From Octopus sinensis (taxonomy: Eukaryota), in the NCBI RefSeq assembly GCF_006345805.1, contig NC_043005.1:23560001-23624000 (forward strand): a stretch of DNA of 64,000 nucleotides, given 5' to 3'. Shown in pieces: positions 1 through 12,679 of this stretch. The position numbers were made by a program, and so were the translations under genes. How positions within the stretch are numbered: position 1 is the stretch's first letter; each line of letters starts with the position of its first letter. Under the pieces are notes generated by a model. The model ran no database searches. It saw nothing but the letters and a program-made list of their open reading frames with translations, and was not told where the DNA came from.

Positions 1-357
1 TGATACAACTTGGCACTGGTCTCGTCACAGATGTTGCTGTCAGAATGTAAAGAGCCAGAGCAGATACCAATCTTCTAACCCTTGAATTGTACTTTTTGCT
101 ATCAATCCTGAAACTAAGCAAGACAAAGGCGACCTTTGGCAGGATTTGAATTTAAAGTACAAAGAGAACAAGTGATGCAAGCTATACTGTCTGATGCTCC
201 AATGGCTTCACTGCCTTGCTGAGCTTATAACCACCAAAGTTAAGTTGCTAATGGTATGCTGAAGCTATCAGTCAGCAGTAGAACAACACTAATTGAATGG
301 AACGAATGTAGGTAATGTTCTTTCTTATATTATATTTTTTTTTTGTCATTTTGCCAG

Positions 358-1095
358 TCGACTGGAATTGGAAAAGCTGTCAACTCATTTAGAAAGCGTG
401 AAGGTGAGATTGGGGAGAAAGCACGAGCTGTGGTAACTTTGTGGAAATCTTTAGTGTCAAAACAAGAAAACAATCTCACAGACAAACGGTCAGTAAGTAG
501 TAGTTCATCTCCATATAATTCCACATCCACGGAACAATCTGGCAAGACTTCATCTGATGATGAGAAAACCACTCCTTGCCGAACAAAACGTCAGTCTTCT
601 CCTCAATCTTCTCCTCAACCAAGATCTTCCACAAAAGAATGTGATAAAACTTCTGAAAATATCAAAGAGAGGAAAAAGCACCAGAGCAGCAAAAGCAATT
701 CAGAGACTTCCAGATCACCAGAAAAGAAAAACAAAACTGTCAGTGATTCAAGCAAAGAACATCATCAGAGTTCAAAGAGTAAAAGTGAGTCTGAGAGCAA
801 AGCAAAAGTAAAGAAATCACAGAATCTCAAAAGGAAGAAAAAATCTGCGGGAGATGGCTTGAGTTTTGAGGACTTTATGAACTATGATGATTCAGCAATG
901 AAGAAAAAGTTTAAGAAAAAGAAACATGACAAAGATGATAGTAGTAAGTCTTCAAAAGAAAAGAAAGAATTGAACTCTCCTAAAGATAGTAGTAAAAGTC
1001 ATTCATCCTCCTCCAGTTTACAATTAAGTAAAAAATCCAAAGAGCCTAAAAGTAGCACATCTCATGTTTTACATGTGCCTTCAGCTTCCAAAGAG
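358..1095 (+). CDS. ELOA: Elongin A internal coding exon: end of TFIIS-N domain plus Lys/Ser-rich linker
   Basis: Acceptor ttgccag|TCG at 357/358; donor GAG|gtaagt at 1095/1096; 738 nt, phase 0-0. STGIGKAVNSFRKREGEIGEKARAVVTLWKSLV matches the TFIIS N-terminal (LW) domain motif of Elongin A. Upstream exon(s) are outside the window. Confidence 0.93.
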
Positions 1096-1156
1096 GTAAG
1101 TCTTAAAATAATTTTGTTATAATTAAAAGCAGTGGATGACGAACAGAACTGATAAA

Positions 1157-1582
1157 CACAGTTCTCTATTTAAGAGATGAGGAATTATGTACATTATTTA
1201 CATTTGACGGATATTTGTCCTCATCTTGTTTATTGTTAACACAACGTTTTGGTTGATATACCCTCCAGTGTTCATACCAGGTGTCTTGGGGAAATTTTGA
1301 ACCTGGGTTCTCATTCTAAAAAAAAAAAAGAAAAGCCTGTGGGCATATGGCATAGGGGTTAAGAGCATGGGCTACTAATCCCAAGATTCTGAGTTCGATT
1401 CCAAGCAGTAACTTGAATAATAATAATAATAATAACATCGCAAAATACCTTAGGAATGCAAATCCAGTTTTGAAATTTCCCCAAGACACCTGATGAAGGC
1501 TGGAAGGTATATCTGCCGAAACGTTGTGTTAACAACAAACAAGATGAGGACTAATATCCATCAAATGTAAATAATGTAAATA
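1157..1582 (+). mobile_element. Non-autonomous Penelope-like foldback element with tRNA-derived head and hammerhead motif
   Basis: 12-bp TSD agaactgataaa (1145-1156, 1583-1594). Left arm (~1166-1318) is the reverse complement of the right arm (~1450-1582). The centre has a tRNA-like segment (A box tggcataggggtt ~1348, B box gagttcgattcc 1391-1402) and (AAT)n. Confidence 0.7.
1485..1530 (+). ncRNA. Minimal type I hammerhead ribozyme motif (Penelope-type)
   Basis: Stem I gacac/gtgtt; core CTGATGA 1490-1496; one extra A; stem II ggc...gcc; GAAA 1518-1521; palindromic ACGT helix III; cleavage triplet GTT 1523-1525. Confidence 0.7.
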
Positions 1583-1880
1583 AGAACTGATAAAGTTCCA
1601 GGTGAATGGTCTTGAAGTATTTTGTTATTTCTCTTTGTTGAAATCCTACCGAGATTATTAACTTTGTCTTTTATCTTTCTGGGTTGATGAAATAAAGTAC
1701 CATTCATGTACTGAGGTTCATTTAACCAACTATATTCTTTCACCTGGTATTTTTTTGTCAGAAACTATTATATTTATATGAAGTTTTTGTCTTTTTAAAA
1801 CTATTGAATGTAGTTGTTGAGTAGCTGAGTGGAGAAGAGTAGTGGGTCTTGAGGTTGCAGGGCAAATATTCTGTATTGTT

Positions 1881-2286
1881 TACTCTTTTACTTGTTCCAG
1901 TCATTTGACTGTGGTCATGCTGGAGCGCTGTCTTTAGTTGAGCAAATCGACCCCAGGACTTATTCTTTGTAAGCCTAATACTTATTCTATTGGTCTCTTT
2001 TGCCGAACTGCTAAGTTAGGGGGACATAAACACACCAGCATCGGTTGTCAAGCGATGTTTGGGGGACAAACACAGACACACAAACATACACACACACACA
2101 TATATACATATTCAGATATATATACGACGGGCTTCTTTCAGTTTCTGTCTACCAAATCCACTGACAAAGCTTTGGTCGGCCCGAGGCTATAGTAGAAGAC
2201 ACTTGCCCAAGGTGCCATACAGTGGGACTGAACCCAGAACCATGTGGTTGGTAAGCAAGCTTCTTACCACATAGCTACTCCTGCAC
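1881..2286 (-). mobile_element. tRNA-derived SINE, family B (full-length copy)
   Basis: Reverse complement of 56625-56990: head with B-box-like ggttcagtccc, central gccttgtgagtggatttggtagacggaaactgaaagaagcccgtcg block, internal TA/TG microsatellite, tail ending gaaacaagtaaaagagt. Confidence 0.8.
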
Positions 2287-2329
2287 CTAAGGGTACAGAT
2301 TGGTAATTAGGGGTTGTGGAGTATATTAA

Positions 2330-2870
2330 TGTGTCCTTCTTTTGTCTGAAAACAACCCTCACTGTGGGTAGACCTCATTATATCTCCAACACCATCTGTT
2401 TCTCTCTCTCTCTCTTGCTCTCACTGTCTTTACACCTTTTTTCTCTAACTCTCTTCCACCTACCTTCTCCTACCTCGTCCTTCTGGGATAGCTAAGTTTC
2501 TCCTCTATAGTAAAATAACTATCTCTAGCCCTCTATCATACTCTAACCTCTCACCTGGCATACAACCATTTCCCTTGGTTCCATTCCCTCTCTCAACTAA
2601 GCAATCCTTGTCTTGCAAGTTACTTGTGACCCCAATGGTACCACATAAAACAGCACCTGTGCCAGAGGCATTTGAAAAGCACTTGTACCAGTGTTACACT
2701 ACCTATAGCACCCAGTACTCTCTGCACAGTTTGGCATCAGCAGTGACGTCTAGCCATAGAAACCATGCCAAATTGGAATCTGTACAACTTTCCAGCTGGC
2801 CAGCTCTTGTCAAACTGTCCAACCCATGCCAGCATGGAAAATGGACGTTAAATGATAATGGTGAAGGATC
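2330..2870 (+). mobile_element. Old RTE-subfamily 3' UTR fragment
   Basis: Ends in the RTE tail ccaacccatgccagcatggaaaatggacgttaaatgat; upstream tcttgcaagttactt block is shared with 12680-13090 on the minus strand. Confidence 0.55.
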
Positions 2871-3260
2871 TTGAGTCTTTTTTCAGAATAAAAGGGCAAG
2901 AGAAAAAGATGTAGAGAATTTATTAATTTATATTATGGTAATGAAGTGTAGAGTGTGTCAATTTTTCCCTCAGCATCTTTTCCTTCTTTTTCTTTTGTTC
3001 TTCTAGCTAGAAGCATGTATCATAACAGAGAGAGAGAGAGAGAGAGAGAAATGCTGTGTGTGTCTGTGTTTGTGTGTATAAGGAAGAGAGAGGAAAAGAG
3101 AGTGAGAGAAATGGGAATAAAAAAAGAGTAAGGGATATGGGAGAAAGAGAGTGATGTGAAGTATTTATGTATTGTTATTTTAGGGAAAATGCAAAATACA
3201 TAAATGTTATTTTAATTAACTAATCTCCTGCTTCTGTTCCTTTACCTTTCATTTTTCCAG

Positions 3261-3372
3261 CTTCTTCCTTCTGAATCTGAAATATTGAGTTCTTTACCAG
3301 AAACTCAGGCCCATTACCATCCATGGAGACTCAGTGATGGTAACAAAGTAGAACGGAAAGCTGTGACAAACA
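3261..3372 (+). CDS. ELOA: Elongin A coding exon
   Basis: tttttccag|CTT ... AACA|gtaagt; 112 nt, phase 0-1. LLPSESEILSSLPETQAHYHPWR resembles the LPxxQxxYxP motif of Elongin A. Confidence 0.85.
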
Positions 3373-4280
3373 GTAAGTAATTTATCAATGAATTGATAAG
3401 GTTTTCAATGTAAATTCCTTTCTTATCAAGTCTTTTGTGTGATGATGAAAAGCTTGGTGGGAACAAGGCCACACTGTGAATGCTCCTGACCCTTCCAATG
3501 TAAATGAAACCTAGCACAGGTCTGGCTGCCCTGTTAAGAAGTTTGCTTTGCAACAACGTTGTTTAAGGTTTGATCTCATAGAGCACTTTGAGCTAATGAT
3601 TACTACCACAGCTAAAGTTGACCAATGTCACGTGAGTGGATTTTTGTTGATGGAAACCTGATGTGTATATACATACTACATATACACATACCAAAACACA
3701 CACACACACACACATGTGCATGCTGTTTGTGCTTGTTGATAAATTCACCAACTATAAAAACTCAGTACATTGGTGAGTTATGAACATTTTTATATGCAGT
3801 ATCTTAAATGGTATCAGACAACAACTTGAGTTTCATATCTGAGGGCAGATATCTGGCTTGGTTTGGGTCAATCCATAGTCTCTCCACCTTTTCCAATTCT
3901 CAGATTGCCTTGCTTCATTACACAAAATAGCTGGTGGTAATGTGAATGACTGATAAGCAAGGCAGGTTGAAAGTGCTGAACAACATTTGGTAAATAAAGT
4001 GAAGAAAAATATTGCTGAAGCCTTCTTGGCTTGATACAAAGAGGCATTTAATTTTATTTGTCACTGGATATACCGTACTTAAGGAAAGCACCTTAATTGC
4101 TGCTATTGAAAGTCTCTCAAAGACTAGTTTAACTTTCCTTGAATTTGTGACTGGATGTAGAAAGGTTGTCTTCAGTATTTTAAATCTTTCAAAAGCAATA
4201 TGTCACAGTAACAACTGATTTTTCTTTCAGTGATTTTTAATAGTCTGGGCAACAGTTCTTTGCAAATAGTAGTCCTTTAA

Positions 4281-5367
4281 CCCTTTCGTTACTATATTTC
4301 TGACCAAAATACACCCCTTATGTGTTTCAATTAATTTCTAACGTAATCATAAATTTAGTCTGGTTTCATTAAACAACTATAACTTTTTTATTTATCAATA
4401 TATTAACATGAATTTTGGAAGATAATTTAATGAAATGTTCTCAACCAATTCTATACTATAATTTTTGTCACAAAGTGACTCTAATTGCAGGTAGATACAG
4501 GTAAATTCAACAATATATAAAATTATTAAAATTTTGTTCAAACATCGCTATAGAAAATGGGTTATTAGCTAATATTCAATTGGGTATACAACAAAATTTT
4601 ACGATAGAATTTGTTATTCTGGGTAACTTTCTGATACCCATAATAATATTTATGGCAAAATAGGCCTTAATTTCATTTAAGGTTGTGGGAAATAACAAAC
4701 TATCCTTCTTTTTCGCTTTGTTTACGTTTAGCGTAACGGTTCGTTTCCGCCGTAATGATTTCAAATAGGCTCATTCGAAAAAGTAAAAAGAAATAGTTTA
4801 AGGCTTTACTCTTCTGGGAAAGTCTGTGGCTTGGTCCAGTTTCTTCAGAAAAATCACCAAAAGAAACAGTTTTTAAATTTTCACTCCATTCAGGTGCCAA
4901 TTCATTTTCTTTATCGCTGTCGGAGCTCTCAGATTCACTGTTTTCACTTTCGGAAAATGAAACATCAGATTCATTATCAAATACCACATGCTTTTTTTTT
5001 CAGTCATAGAGTTAGATTTATGAAGGTCTTCAGTAGAAAATCCTTCGAATTCTGACTCGCTGCTTGATATAATGAAATTCGTATCCATTTTTTGTCAGAA
5101 TTACAAATTTTGAAAACACAATAGGAACAAATTTCGGAAAAAAATCTCCCATAATTCACGGAATTAAAATTACTCTTCGATTTTTGTACAAAACTGTAGT
5201 TGAACTGTTTACGAAGTATAATACGTGTTTTCACGAATGTACTAAAGAGATTTACTCTGATATTCTCATTTAAATATGAATAGGTAAATTCGGGCGGTTT
5301 GAGGCGGCTTGGTCACATTAACCAAAATTTTTTTCAGGCGGTTTTGGGCGGTTTGGTAACGAATGGG
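4281..5367 (-). mobile_element. piggyBac internally deleted element (transposase N-terminal remnant)
   Basis: TTAA TSDs at 4277-4280 and 5368-5371. TIRs ccctttcgttac / gtaacgaatggg (1 mismatch); subterminal ggcggttt repeats. Minus-strand ORFs 4700-4987 and 4576-4764 encode PGBD-like motifs (LFEIITAETNRYA; EIKAYFAINIIMGIRKLP). The catalytic DDD region is absent. Confidence 0.88.
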
Positions 5368-5708
5368 TTAATGTTGCTTTCACTCTTGGTCTAAGTCACC
5401 AAGTGCACTTGAATGACCTGTAGTATTGTCAAACACTCATAAAATGTTAAAATCCAAATTTAGTGACTCGCAGCATCTGTTGGCCCTGGGAGAGAAACAA
5501 TTCTTGAACCATTCTTTAAATACAGATTTTGTAACCAAAGCTGGGAACCATTGTTATGTCAGTTGTAAACATGTCAATCTTCAATTTTTATCCTCTGCTA
5601 GATTTCAATATTCACAAACATACATTTATACACACACACACACACATATATATATATTTGAGGTTTCTGTTAATTACTGAGATGTCCCTCTCATTTTTTT
5701 CTCTTTAG

Positions 5709-5795
5709 GTGGTGATGATCTCGATTCTGTGCTTATTGGAATTAAATCAAGAACACGAGAATGTGTGTATTCTGGGAAGAAAGCAACTTTAAAAG
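5709..5795 (+). CDS. ELOA: Elongin A coding exon
   Basis: ctctttag|GT ... AAAG|gtaac; 87 nt, phase 1-1. GDDLDSVLIGIKSRTRECVYSGKKATLK contains the conserved VYSG motif preceding the BC box. Confidence 0.88.
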
Positions 5796-7237
5796 GTAAC
5801 TGGTTTCATTTTATACACTCTACCCTCATTTCACTTATATATATCCTGATCTTGCTTCGTACATACTCTGCACTCATTTTACACACACCCTCTTTATTAT
5901 TGTTTTCTTTGTGCACTGTTATGAAGTAAATAATTCAACCATGACTGAATATATTTTTATAACAAAAATATATTATTACGTAGCTTTCAAGTTTTATTCA
6001 GCTGTAAGTCCATATGTACTTCATCCAGTTCAGGCAACTTGTTTGAACCACTGTAACAGACGTCCCAAATGAGGCATGAATGTCTGACTTGGGTTTTAGT
6101 CACATTGATCCTATAGGATGCAGTTTCAAGTTGGGCTCAGGACATACGTTTGACACATACAAGTACATTAGAATCATCTTAAAAACTACTGTCCAAGGTG
6201 CCACGCAGTGGGATTGAATCCAGAACCATGTGGTTGGTAAGCAAGCTACTTTCCACACAGCCACTCCTGTAAAATCACTTTTACATTTCAAAGGGTCTTC
6301 TCTGAAATATATTTATCAGTTAGCATTGGATGATGTCTATTTATAGTTTGAGATTAAGCACAAGACCAACAATTTTGAGGAAAGGGGATTAGTCGACTAA
6401 TATCCTTCTTGATTGGTACTTTGCTTTATTGACACCCAACCCTTGAAAATGAAAGACAATGCTAACTCTGGTGGGTGCTGAATTTAGAACGTAAAATACC
6501 ACAGGGCATTTTGCTCAATGCTCTAACAATTTTGCAGCTTGCTGTTCACATCTTGTCACTATTCACAGTCTACTCTTTGCTTGGAGAGAGAATCCTTTTG
6601 TTGTCAGCAAAGGTAGCAGCGCTGTGAAGGCCTCTGGGACTGATGGGAATGAGGAAGAATCTTATCCACAGACCTGATCCAAATGTTTATAGCTTCTGTT
6701 AAAAGAATCCAATGTTTCTATATTTGCAGTTTTCTTTTTTTGTAAAAGTTAAAAAAATAAGGATGTTGAAATTCAGTTTATTCAGGACACCAACAGCCTG
6801 GGTAGTTGTAAAAAACAATAGAATAAGGCCTTAGTTAACCAGGAAAGAGTCTGAGGATAGACGGCCTTGCTACTGTTCTGTTCTGTGAGGATAGATATAA
6901 ATAAAGGGTTCCAAATTGCAAAGCAGTGTGTTTGCATGAACCAGGATGTCATTGGGGGTGGGGGTATGGGAATGTGGCTGAAATGACACTGGTACATTTG
7001 ACCTGAGTGACAATGAAAAGAAACCAGCATAAAAGCCTTCCTTTAAGAGTCATTGTTGACTGAAGAATAATTGAACTATTTATTAACATGTGCACAGAGA
7101 GGGAGACAAAAAAAATTGATGTGAAATTTTGGCTAGTGGTTTTGCTTCTCAGAGTGTGTGTGTGTGTGTGAGAGAGAGAGAAAGATGTAATGTTCTATTA
7201 TTTAACACACTTACACTATATATTTTTTCTATTCCAG

Positions 7238-7291
7238 AATTACCAACGTTATTTACTGCCTGTATTCAAGTCCTGATTGAAAATATCGACA
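7238..7291 (+). CDS. ELOA: Elongin A coding exon: BC box
   Basis: attccag|AA ... GACA|gtaaga; 54 nt, phase 1-1. ELPTLFTACIQVLIENID fits the BC-box pattern TLxxxCxxVL (cf. human TLHQQCIRVLKNNID). Confidence 0.93.
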
Positions 7292-7371
7292 GTAAGAGAG
7301 ATCTTTCGTTTTGTTAGAAATTGAAAATATTTTATACTTTACTTCCTTTGACCACTTCCATTTATTAAAAA

Positions 7372-7413
<42 letters not shown>

Positions 7414-7520
7414 ATTACTGAGTTAACCCCCCACTTTTGAATGGAAAAAGTCAAAGATGTTTGCAGATGTGGGTTTGAGTCCCCTCTCAGCAGCCTTCAA
7501 CTTTTCCATCTAAGAAGTTT

Positions 7521-8990
7521 CATCATCATCATCGTTTAACGCCCGCTTTCCATGCTGGCACAGGTTGGACAGTTTGACTGAGGGCTGGCGAGCCAGAAGG
7601 CTGCACCAGGTTCCAATCTGATCTGGCAAAGTTTCTACAGCTGGATGCCCTGCCTAACATTAACCACTCCGAGAGTGTAGTGGGTGCTTTTTACGTGCCA
7701 CCGGCATGAGGGCTAGTCAGGTGGTACTGGCAACAACCATGCTCAAATGGTGCTTTTTACTTGCTGCCAGCACAGGAGTTAGTCAGGCAGCACTGGCAAC
7801 GACCATGCTCGGATGGTGTTTTTTACATGCAACCGGCACAGGAGCCAGGCTCAAGTGACACTGGCAATGATCACGCTCGAATGTTGCTTTTTACGTGTCA
7901 CTGGCACGAGTGCCAATCAGGCAGTACTATCATTGGCCACGTCAACAATTTCACTTGCCTCAACAGGTCTTTGCAAGCACAGTTTATTGCCCAATGATTG
8001 AAATGTACTCTTAAATGGGCTGGTTATGCTGCACTGGCATAGGCCACAGTTGTGGTCTCACTTGCCTTGCTGGGTCTTCTCAAACACAGTATATCTCCAA
8101 AGGTCTTGGTCACTTGTCATTGCCTTGGTGAGGCCCATTGTTCGAAGGTCATGCTTCAACACCTCATCCCAGGTCTTCCTGGGTCTACTTCTTTCACAGG
8201 TTCTACTGCGAGGGTGTGACACTTTTTCACACAGCTATCCTCATCCATTCGCAACACGTCCATACCAGCGCAGTTGTCTCTCTTGCACACCACATCTGAT
8301 GCTTCTTATGTCCAACTTTTCTCTCAGGGCGCTTACACTCTGTCGTGTATGCACATTGACATTACACATCCAGCGGAGTGTACTGGCTTCATTTCTTTCA
8401 AGCTTATGCGTGTCCTCAGCAGTCACAGTCCATGCTTCATTGCCGTGTAGCATGGCTGTTTGCACACATGCATCATACAATCTACCTTTCAATCTGAAAG
8501 AGAAGCCCTTTATTGCTAACTGAGGTAGGAGCCTTCTGAACTTTACCCAGGCTATTCTTATTCTAGCATCTACACTTTCAGAGCATTCACCCCCAGCTAC
8601 TGACTTGGTCACCTAGGTAATGGAAGCTATCAACGACTTGTAGTTTTTTCCCCTGGAATGTGACAAAAGCTGTTTTCTGCACATTTTCAGTGTTTATTGC
8701 TCCTGAGCATTTGCCACACACAAAAACTATTTTCCCAGTTAGTCTTCCTTTGATATTGCTGCACCTCTTATGTGTCCATAGCTTACATCTTATGATGATA
8801 ATGATCTTATGGAGTTTCTACGTACGCCTTTTCTACAGATTGAGCAGGGCCATCTACCTGAAGGCATTTGTGGTTTGTCTGCCTTCCTACTTATTAAGAC
8901 TTTGGTTTTTGCTAAGTTGACTCTAAGGCCCTTCGATTCTAGACCTTACTTCTACACCTAAAACTTCTTCTAGTTCTTATAGTGACTTAG
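7521..8990 (-). mobile_element. 5'-truncated RTE LINE, degenerate
   Basis: (CAT)n-cgtttaacg tail at 7521, then 3' UTR and RT C-terminal ORF 8241-8612 (AESVDARIRIAWVKFRRLLP...). Confidence 0.9.
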
Positions 8991-9466
8991 TTATTTATTA
9001 ACTCAGTATTACACATGCTATAATTTACTGAAATAATATTGAGAGTCAAAACTATTGAAAAAGTTGCAAGACGCAGTGAAAATTTTAGAAAAATACAAAA
9101 GAAATAAGTGGAAATTTTTACCGGTGAGTGTGTTAAATTATAAGGTACCAAAAGAGAAAGACTCTCCCCAGACACAACAGAATATTGAAAATGACTTTCT
9201 AAAATTGTTTTTCCTCTTCCATTAGTGTTTTCTTAATCATTTTCTTTTTCTTTGTCCCTCTTTCTCTGGAGTAACAATAGAGAAAGATAGAGAATAAGAG
9301 ATCACATGAAGAGAGAGAGATACATAGATAAAGGGAAGGCAGAGAGAGAGGGAGAGTGCTGCTACTGATGGCTGTGAATCATTCACATTAATAATTTGTT
9401 ATAAAAATTCTTCTCTTTGACTTAATCCACAAATGAAACCCTGCTGGTTTAAATAATGCCAGATCA

Positions 9467-9840
9467 TTATCATCATCATCATCGTTTAACGTCCGTTTTC
9501 CATGCTGGCATGGGTTGGACGGTTTGACTGAGGGCTGGCAAGCCAGAAGGCTGCACCAGATTCCAATCTGATCTGGCAAAGGTTCTACAGCTGGATGCCC
9601 TTCCTAATGCCAACCACTCCGAGAGTGTAGTGGGTGCTTTTACGTGCCAGTCAGGCGACACTGGCATCAACCACGCTCGAATAGTGCTTTTTACATGCCA
9701 CCAGCATGGGTATCAATTAGACGCTACTGTTATCGGCCACAACAGTGACTTCACTTGCCTCAACAGGTCTTCGCAGGCACAGTTTGTTGCCCAATGGTTG
9801 AAGGGTGCTCTTAAATAGGCTGGTTATGCTGCACTGGCAT
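9467..9840 (-). mobile_element. RTE LINE 3' UTR fragment
   Basis: Same (CAT)n tail and terminal ~170 nt as the full-length copies. Confidence 0.85.
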
Positions 9841-10164
9841 ATATACTTGATATACTTGATGATGCAGTGTAGTATCTCATATAAGAAACACTTGAGTTGG
9901 TTATAGATTGAAGGCCTTTAACAGTAGATTTAGTGTTTCATCAGAACTTTGGATTAAACGACAACTACAAAATAATAATAACAACAATGAAACTGTTAAG
10001 AGTACAAAATTAAAAGAATCTAAATATAGAATTATTAACAAACAGTCTGAATTAGAAACTATGTTTTGAAATATAGAACCCCCTTAAATACCCTAATATG
10101 TCAATAGCAACAATTACTGCTGTCTGTTTTGTTTTCTGAATGTCTTAAAAGCAGTGTCATGTTA

Positions 10165-10470
10165 ATCCTTTCTACTATAGGCACAAAGTCTGAAATTCTG
10201 GAGCAGGGGACCAGTCGATTACATAGACCCCAGTGTTTCACTTGTACTTAATTTATACACCCCGAAAGGATGAAAGGCAAAGTTGACTCTGGTGGCATTT
10301 GAATTCAGAATGTAAAGACAGGTTGACCCCAGTGTTTCACTGGTACTTAATTTATAGTCCCCATAAAGGATGAAGGGCAAAGTTGACACTCGCAGGATTT
10401 GGATTCAGAATGTAAAGACAGGTGAAATACCGCTTAAGCATTTTACCCAATTCTGCCAGCTTGCTGCCTT
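10165..10470 (-). mobile_element. tRNA-related SINE, family A, with internal duplication
   Basis: The block gaccccagtgtttcac...aaaggatgaa(a/g)ggcaaagttgac occurs twice in tandem; reverse complement of the family A core. Confidence 0.7.
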
Positions 10471-10679
10471 AGCAGTGTCATGTTAATGGAAGTCCCCTTT
10501 TAACAATGAACTCTAAGTTGCTCAAAGTCAGTGATTCCTTACCATCTTCTTCCCCATGGACCCATTTGATTCCTTTTTTCTTCGGGTGGACCTTCATAAC
10601 TATTTGATGTTTAAAAAGTCTTATTATATATTTTTAGAATTAAATATTATTAAGAATTATATAAAAGATTGTTGAAATA

Positions 10680-11192
10680 TCTATATATATAAAACTGTAG
10701 TTGTGTGAGTGTCTGTCCCCTTCGATTTAGATTCCTAACTACTCCCACATTTTGCGGTGCAGTGTAACCAAAAGTGGGTATCTTATAGTCGTGATTCATA
10801 TCGAGCCCGTCAGAGTATTAGCGCGCGTCTACGATGAGTCTACGATTTTAAAAATAATTTAACATCATTTTTTATTCCATTTTAATGCATAATTTTTCGT
10901 GTGTCGATGGCGGCGGAGTTGGCGTCCATGGTCACACCTGCACCTGTTTGCTTCTCCCCCTTCTTCCCTCCCTCGTGAAGCTGTGGGGAAGGGAGTGTAA
11001 GGAAATCAACGTTGTAAAGCGTTGTCAAAGAGACCAGCGTTCTTTTAGAACAACGACTTCATGGCTTGAAGACATCAAAACAGAAATGGCTAAAAAAGCC
11101 CGAATTGGCATCTATAAGGGAAGTAACTCTCTAAAAATGCTTATATAGTTATTTCCCTTACAAACCCGAGCAACGCCGGGCGATACTGCTAG
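10680..11192 (+). mobile_element. Non-autonomous Helitron (copy 1)
   Basis: 5' A|TCtatatatataaaa; 3' hairpin cccgagcaacgccggg then CTAG|T; inserted between A and T with no TSD; near-identical copy at 58469-58984. Confidence 0.9.
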
Positions 11193-12007
11193 TTGCACAT
11201 AAATTTTAACAACAAAATCTTATATGAATCCCAAGGGTTTTATGGACCCTGGTTGAGAACCACTGCTCTAAACTACTTAACAAGGGAGATACATGAAAAT
11301 ACATTCTTTAAATCAGATAACAAAGAACCAGCAACAAAGACTCTACTTGTTATCCAAACCCTATGGACGTAAGAGCTAAACTTCCTTTATAATAATCTCT
11401 ATTGGTGTGTGTGTCTCCACTAGACATGTGATAGTTGTAAATGAGTTTCACTGTTATGTGTTTCCAATCTTCTGTGAAAACATGTCCAGCCATGGAGAGA
11501 TATTATTACCTTCGTTGGAAACAGATGAGGGCTGGTGACAGGAAGAGCATCCAACCATAGAATATCTGCTTTAACAAATTCCGTCTGGCACTTGCATGTA
11601 TAGAAAAATTGGTGTTAAAACAGATGTGATAATGAGAGAGAAAGAGAGAGATAGAGAGAGGGAGACACATGCACACGCGCGCACACACACACACACAGAC
11701 ACAGACACACACACACATGCACACACACTTGTATGTGTGAGTGTGTCTGAATCCACGTCTGTTTATATTTACTGGTGTAAACTAGTGTGTCAAGTTACGT
11801 CCCTTTATGTCTTAAATATACACAATTTAACATTCTGATAGGCAGACATAAGTAAAGATGTTGATACAATTGACTAAGTTCCTTGAATTCAGTGCCCCAG
11901 CATGGTCATTATCCAATAATTGATAACTGGGAAAGTGTAAACCAGTTTGAGATTTTTTAAAGTTTTAATTTTATTTTTGATTTCTTACTTAATTTTTATA
12001 ATTGCAG

Positions 12008-12105
12008 GTCTTGAATATGTTGGTGGTATACCATTTCTGATCCTTCAACCAGTTCTGGAGCGCTGTACTGTATCTCAGCTTTATACTTTAGAAGACTACA
12101 ACCCG
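12008..12105 (+). CDS. ELOA: Elongin A coding exon: cullin-box region
   Basis: attgcag|GT ... CCG|gtaaa; 98 nt, phase 1-0. SLEYVGGIPFLILQPVLERCTVSQLYTLEDYNP (cf. human [29 protein letters not shown]). Confidence 0.95.
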
Positions 12106-12679
12106 GTAAACACAGCTTCTTCTCTGCCCTCCTCAGTAATTCCTTAGGAATTTCATCAACATCCATCATTATTCTAATGTTATTGATGTTATTGTTTAGC
12201 CCCAAGTCAACCGTGATCTAGTGTAGCTCTGATCTAAGTCATTCCAGCTGTGACCATCTAGTTTTTTTTATTCAGATATAGCATACCTACGACCATATTA
12301 TGTTTACAAATGTTTATTTCCATTTGTTATGGTGATAGGATAGGCTGAAAGAGACTTAGCTGCTATTACTGGAGTGCTTGCTTCAGTGTTGAGATATTTG
12401 GCTCTTTTAACTGAACATTAAATGGAAATGATGTTCGCATAAAATACAAGTGCGTTTATTCTTACATGCTTCAGTTACTGGTCTGTGGCCATGCTGGGGC
12501 ACTTCTTTGAGGGGGTTTAGTTGAATAAGTCATCTCCTCTACTTATGCTTTCAGTCTGGAAATTATTCTATTGGTCTGTTTTGCGAAACTGCTATGTTAC
12601 GAGGATGTAAACAAACCAACAGTCATTGTCAAGCAGTGGGAGGGCGGACACACAAATGCACACACTCACACACTGTCGT

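Noticed and set aside
1341-1412. Functional tRNA gene
   Set aside because: A and B boxes are present but the acceptor stem does not pair, and the segment is embedded in a TSD-flanked repeat. The same applies to SINE heads at 56625, 57915 and 26590.
10885-11148. 87-88 aa ORF conserved in two places (also 58674-58940)
   Set aside because: It is conserved only because both are copies of one non-autonomous Helitron; no recognisable domain.
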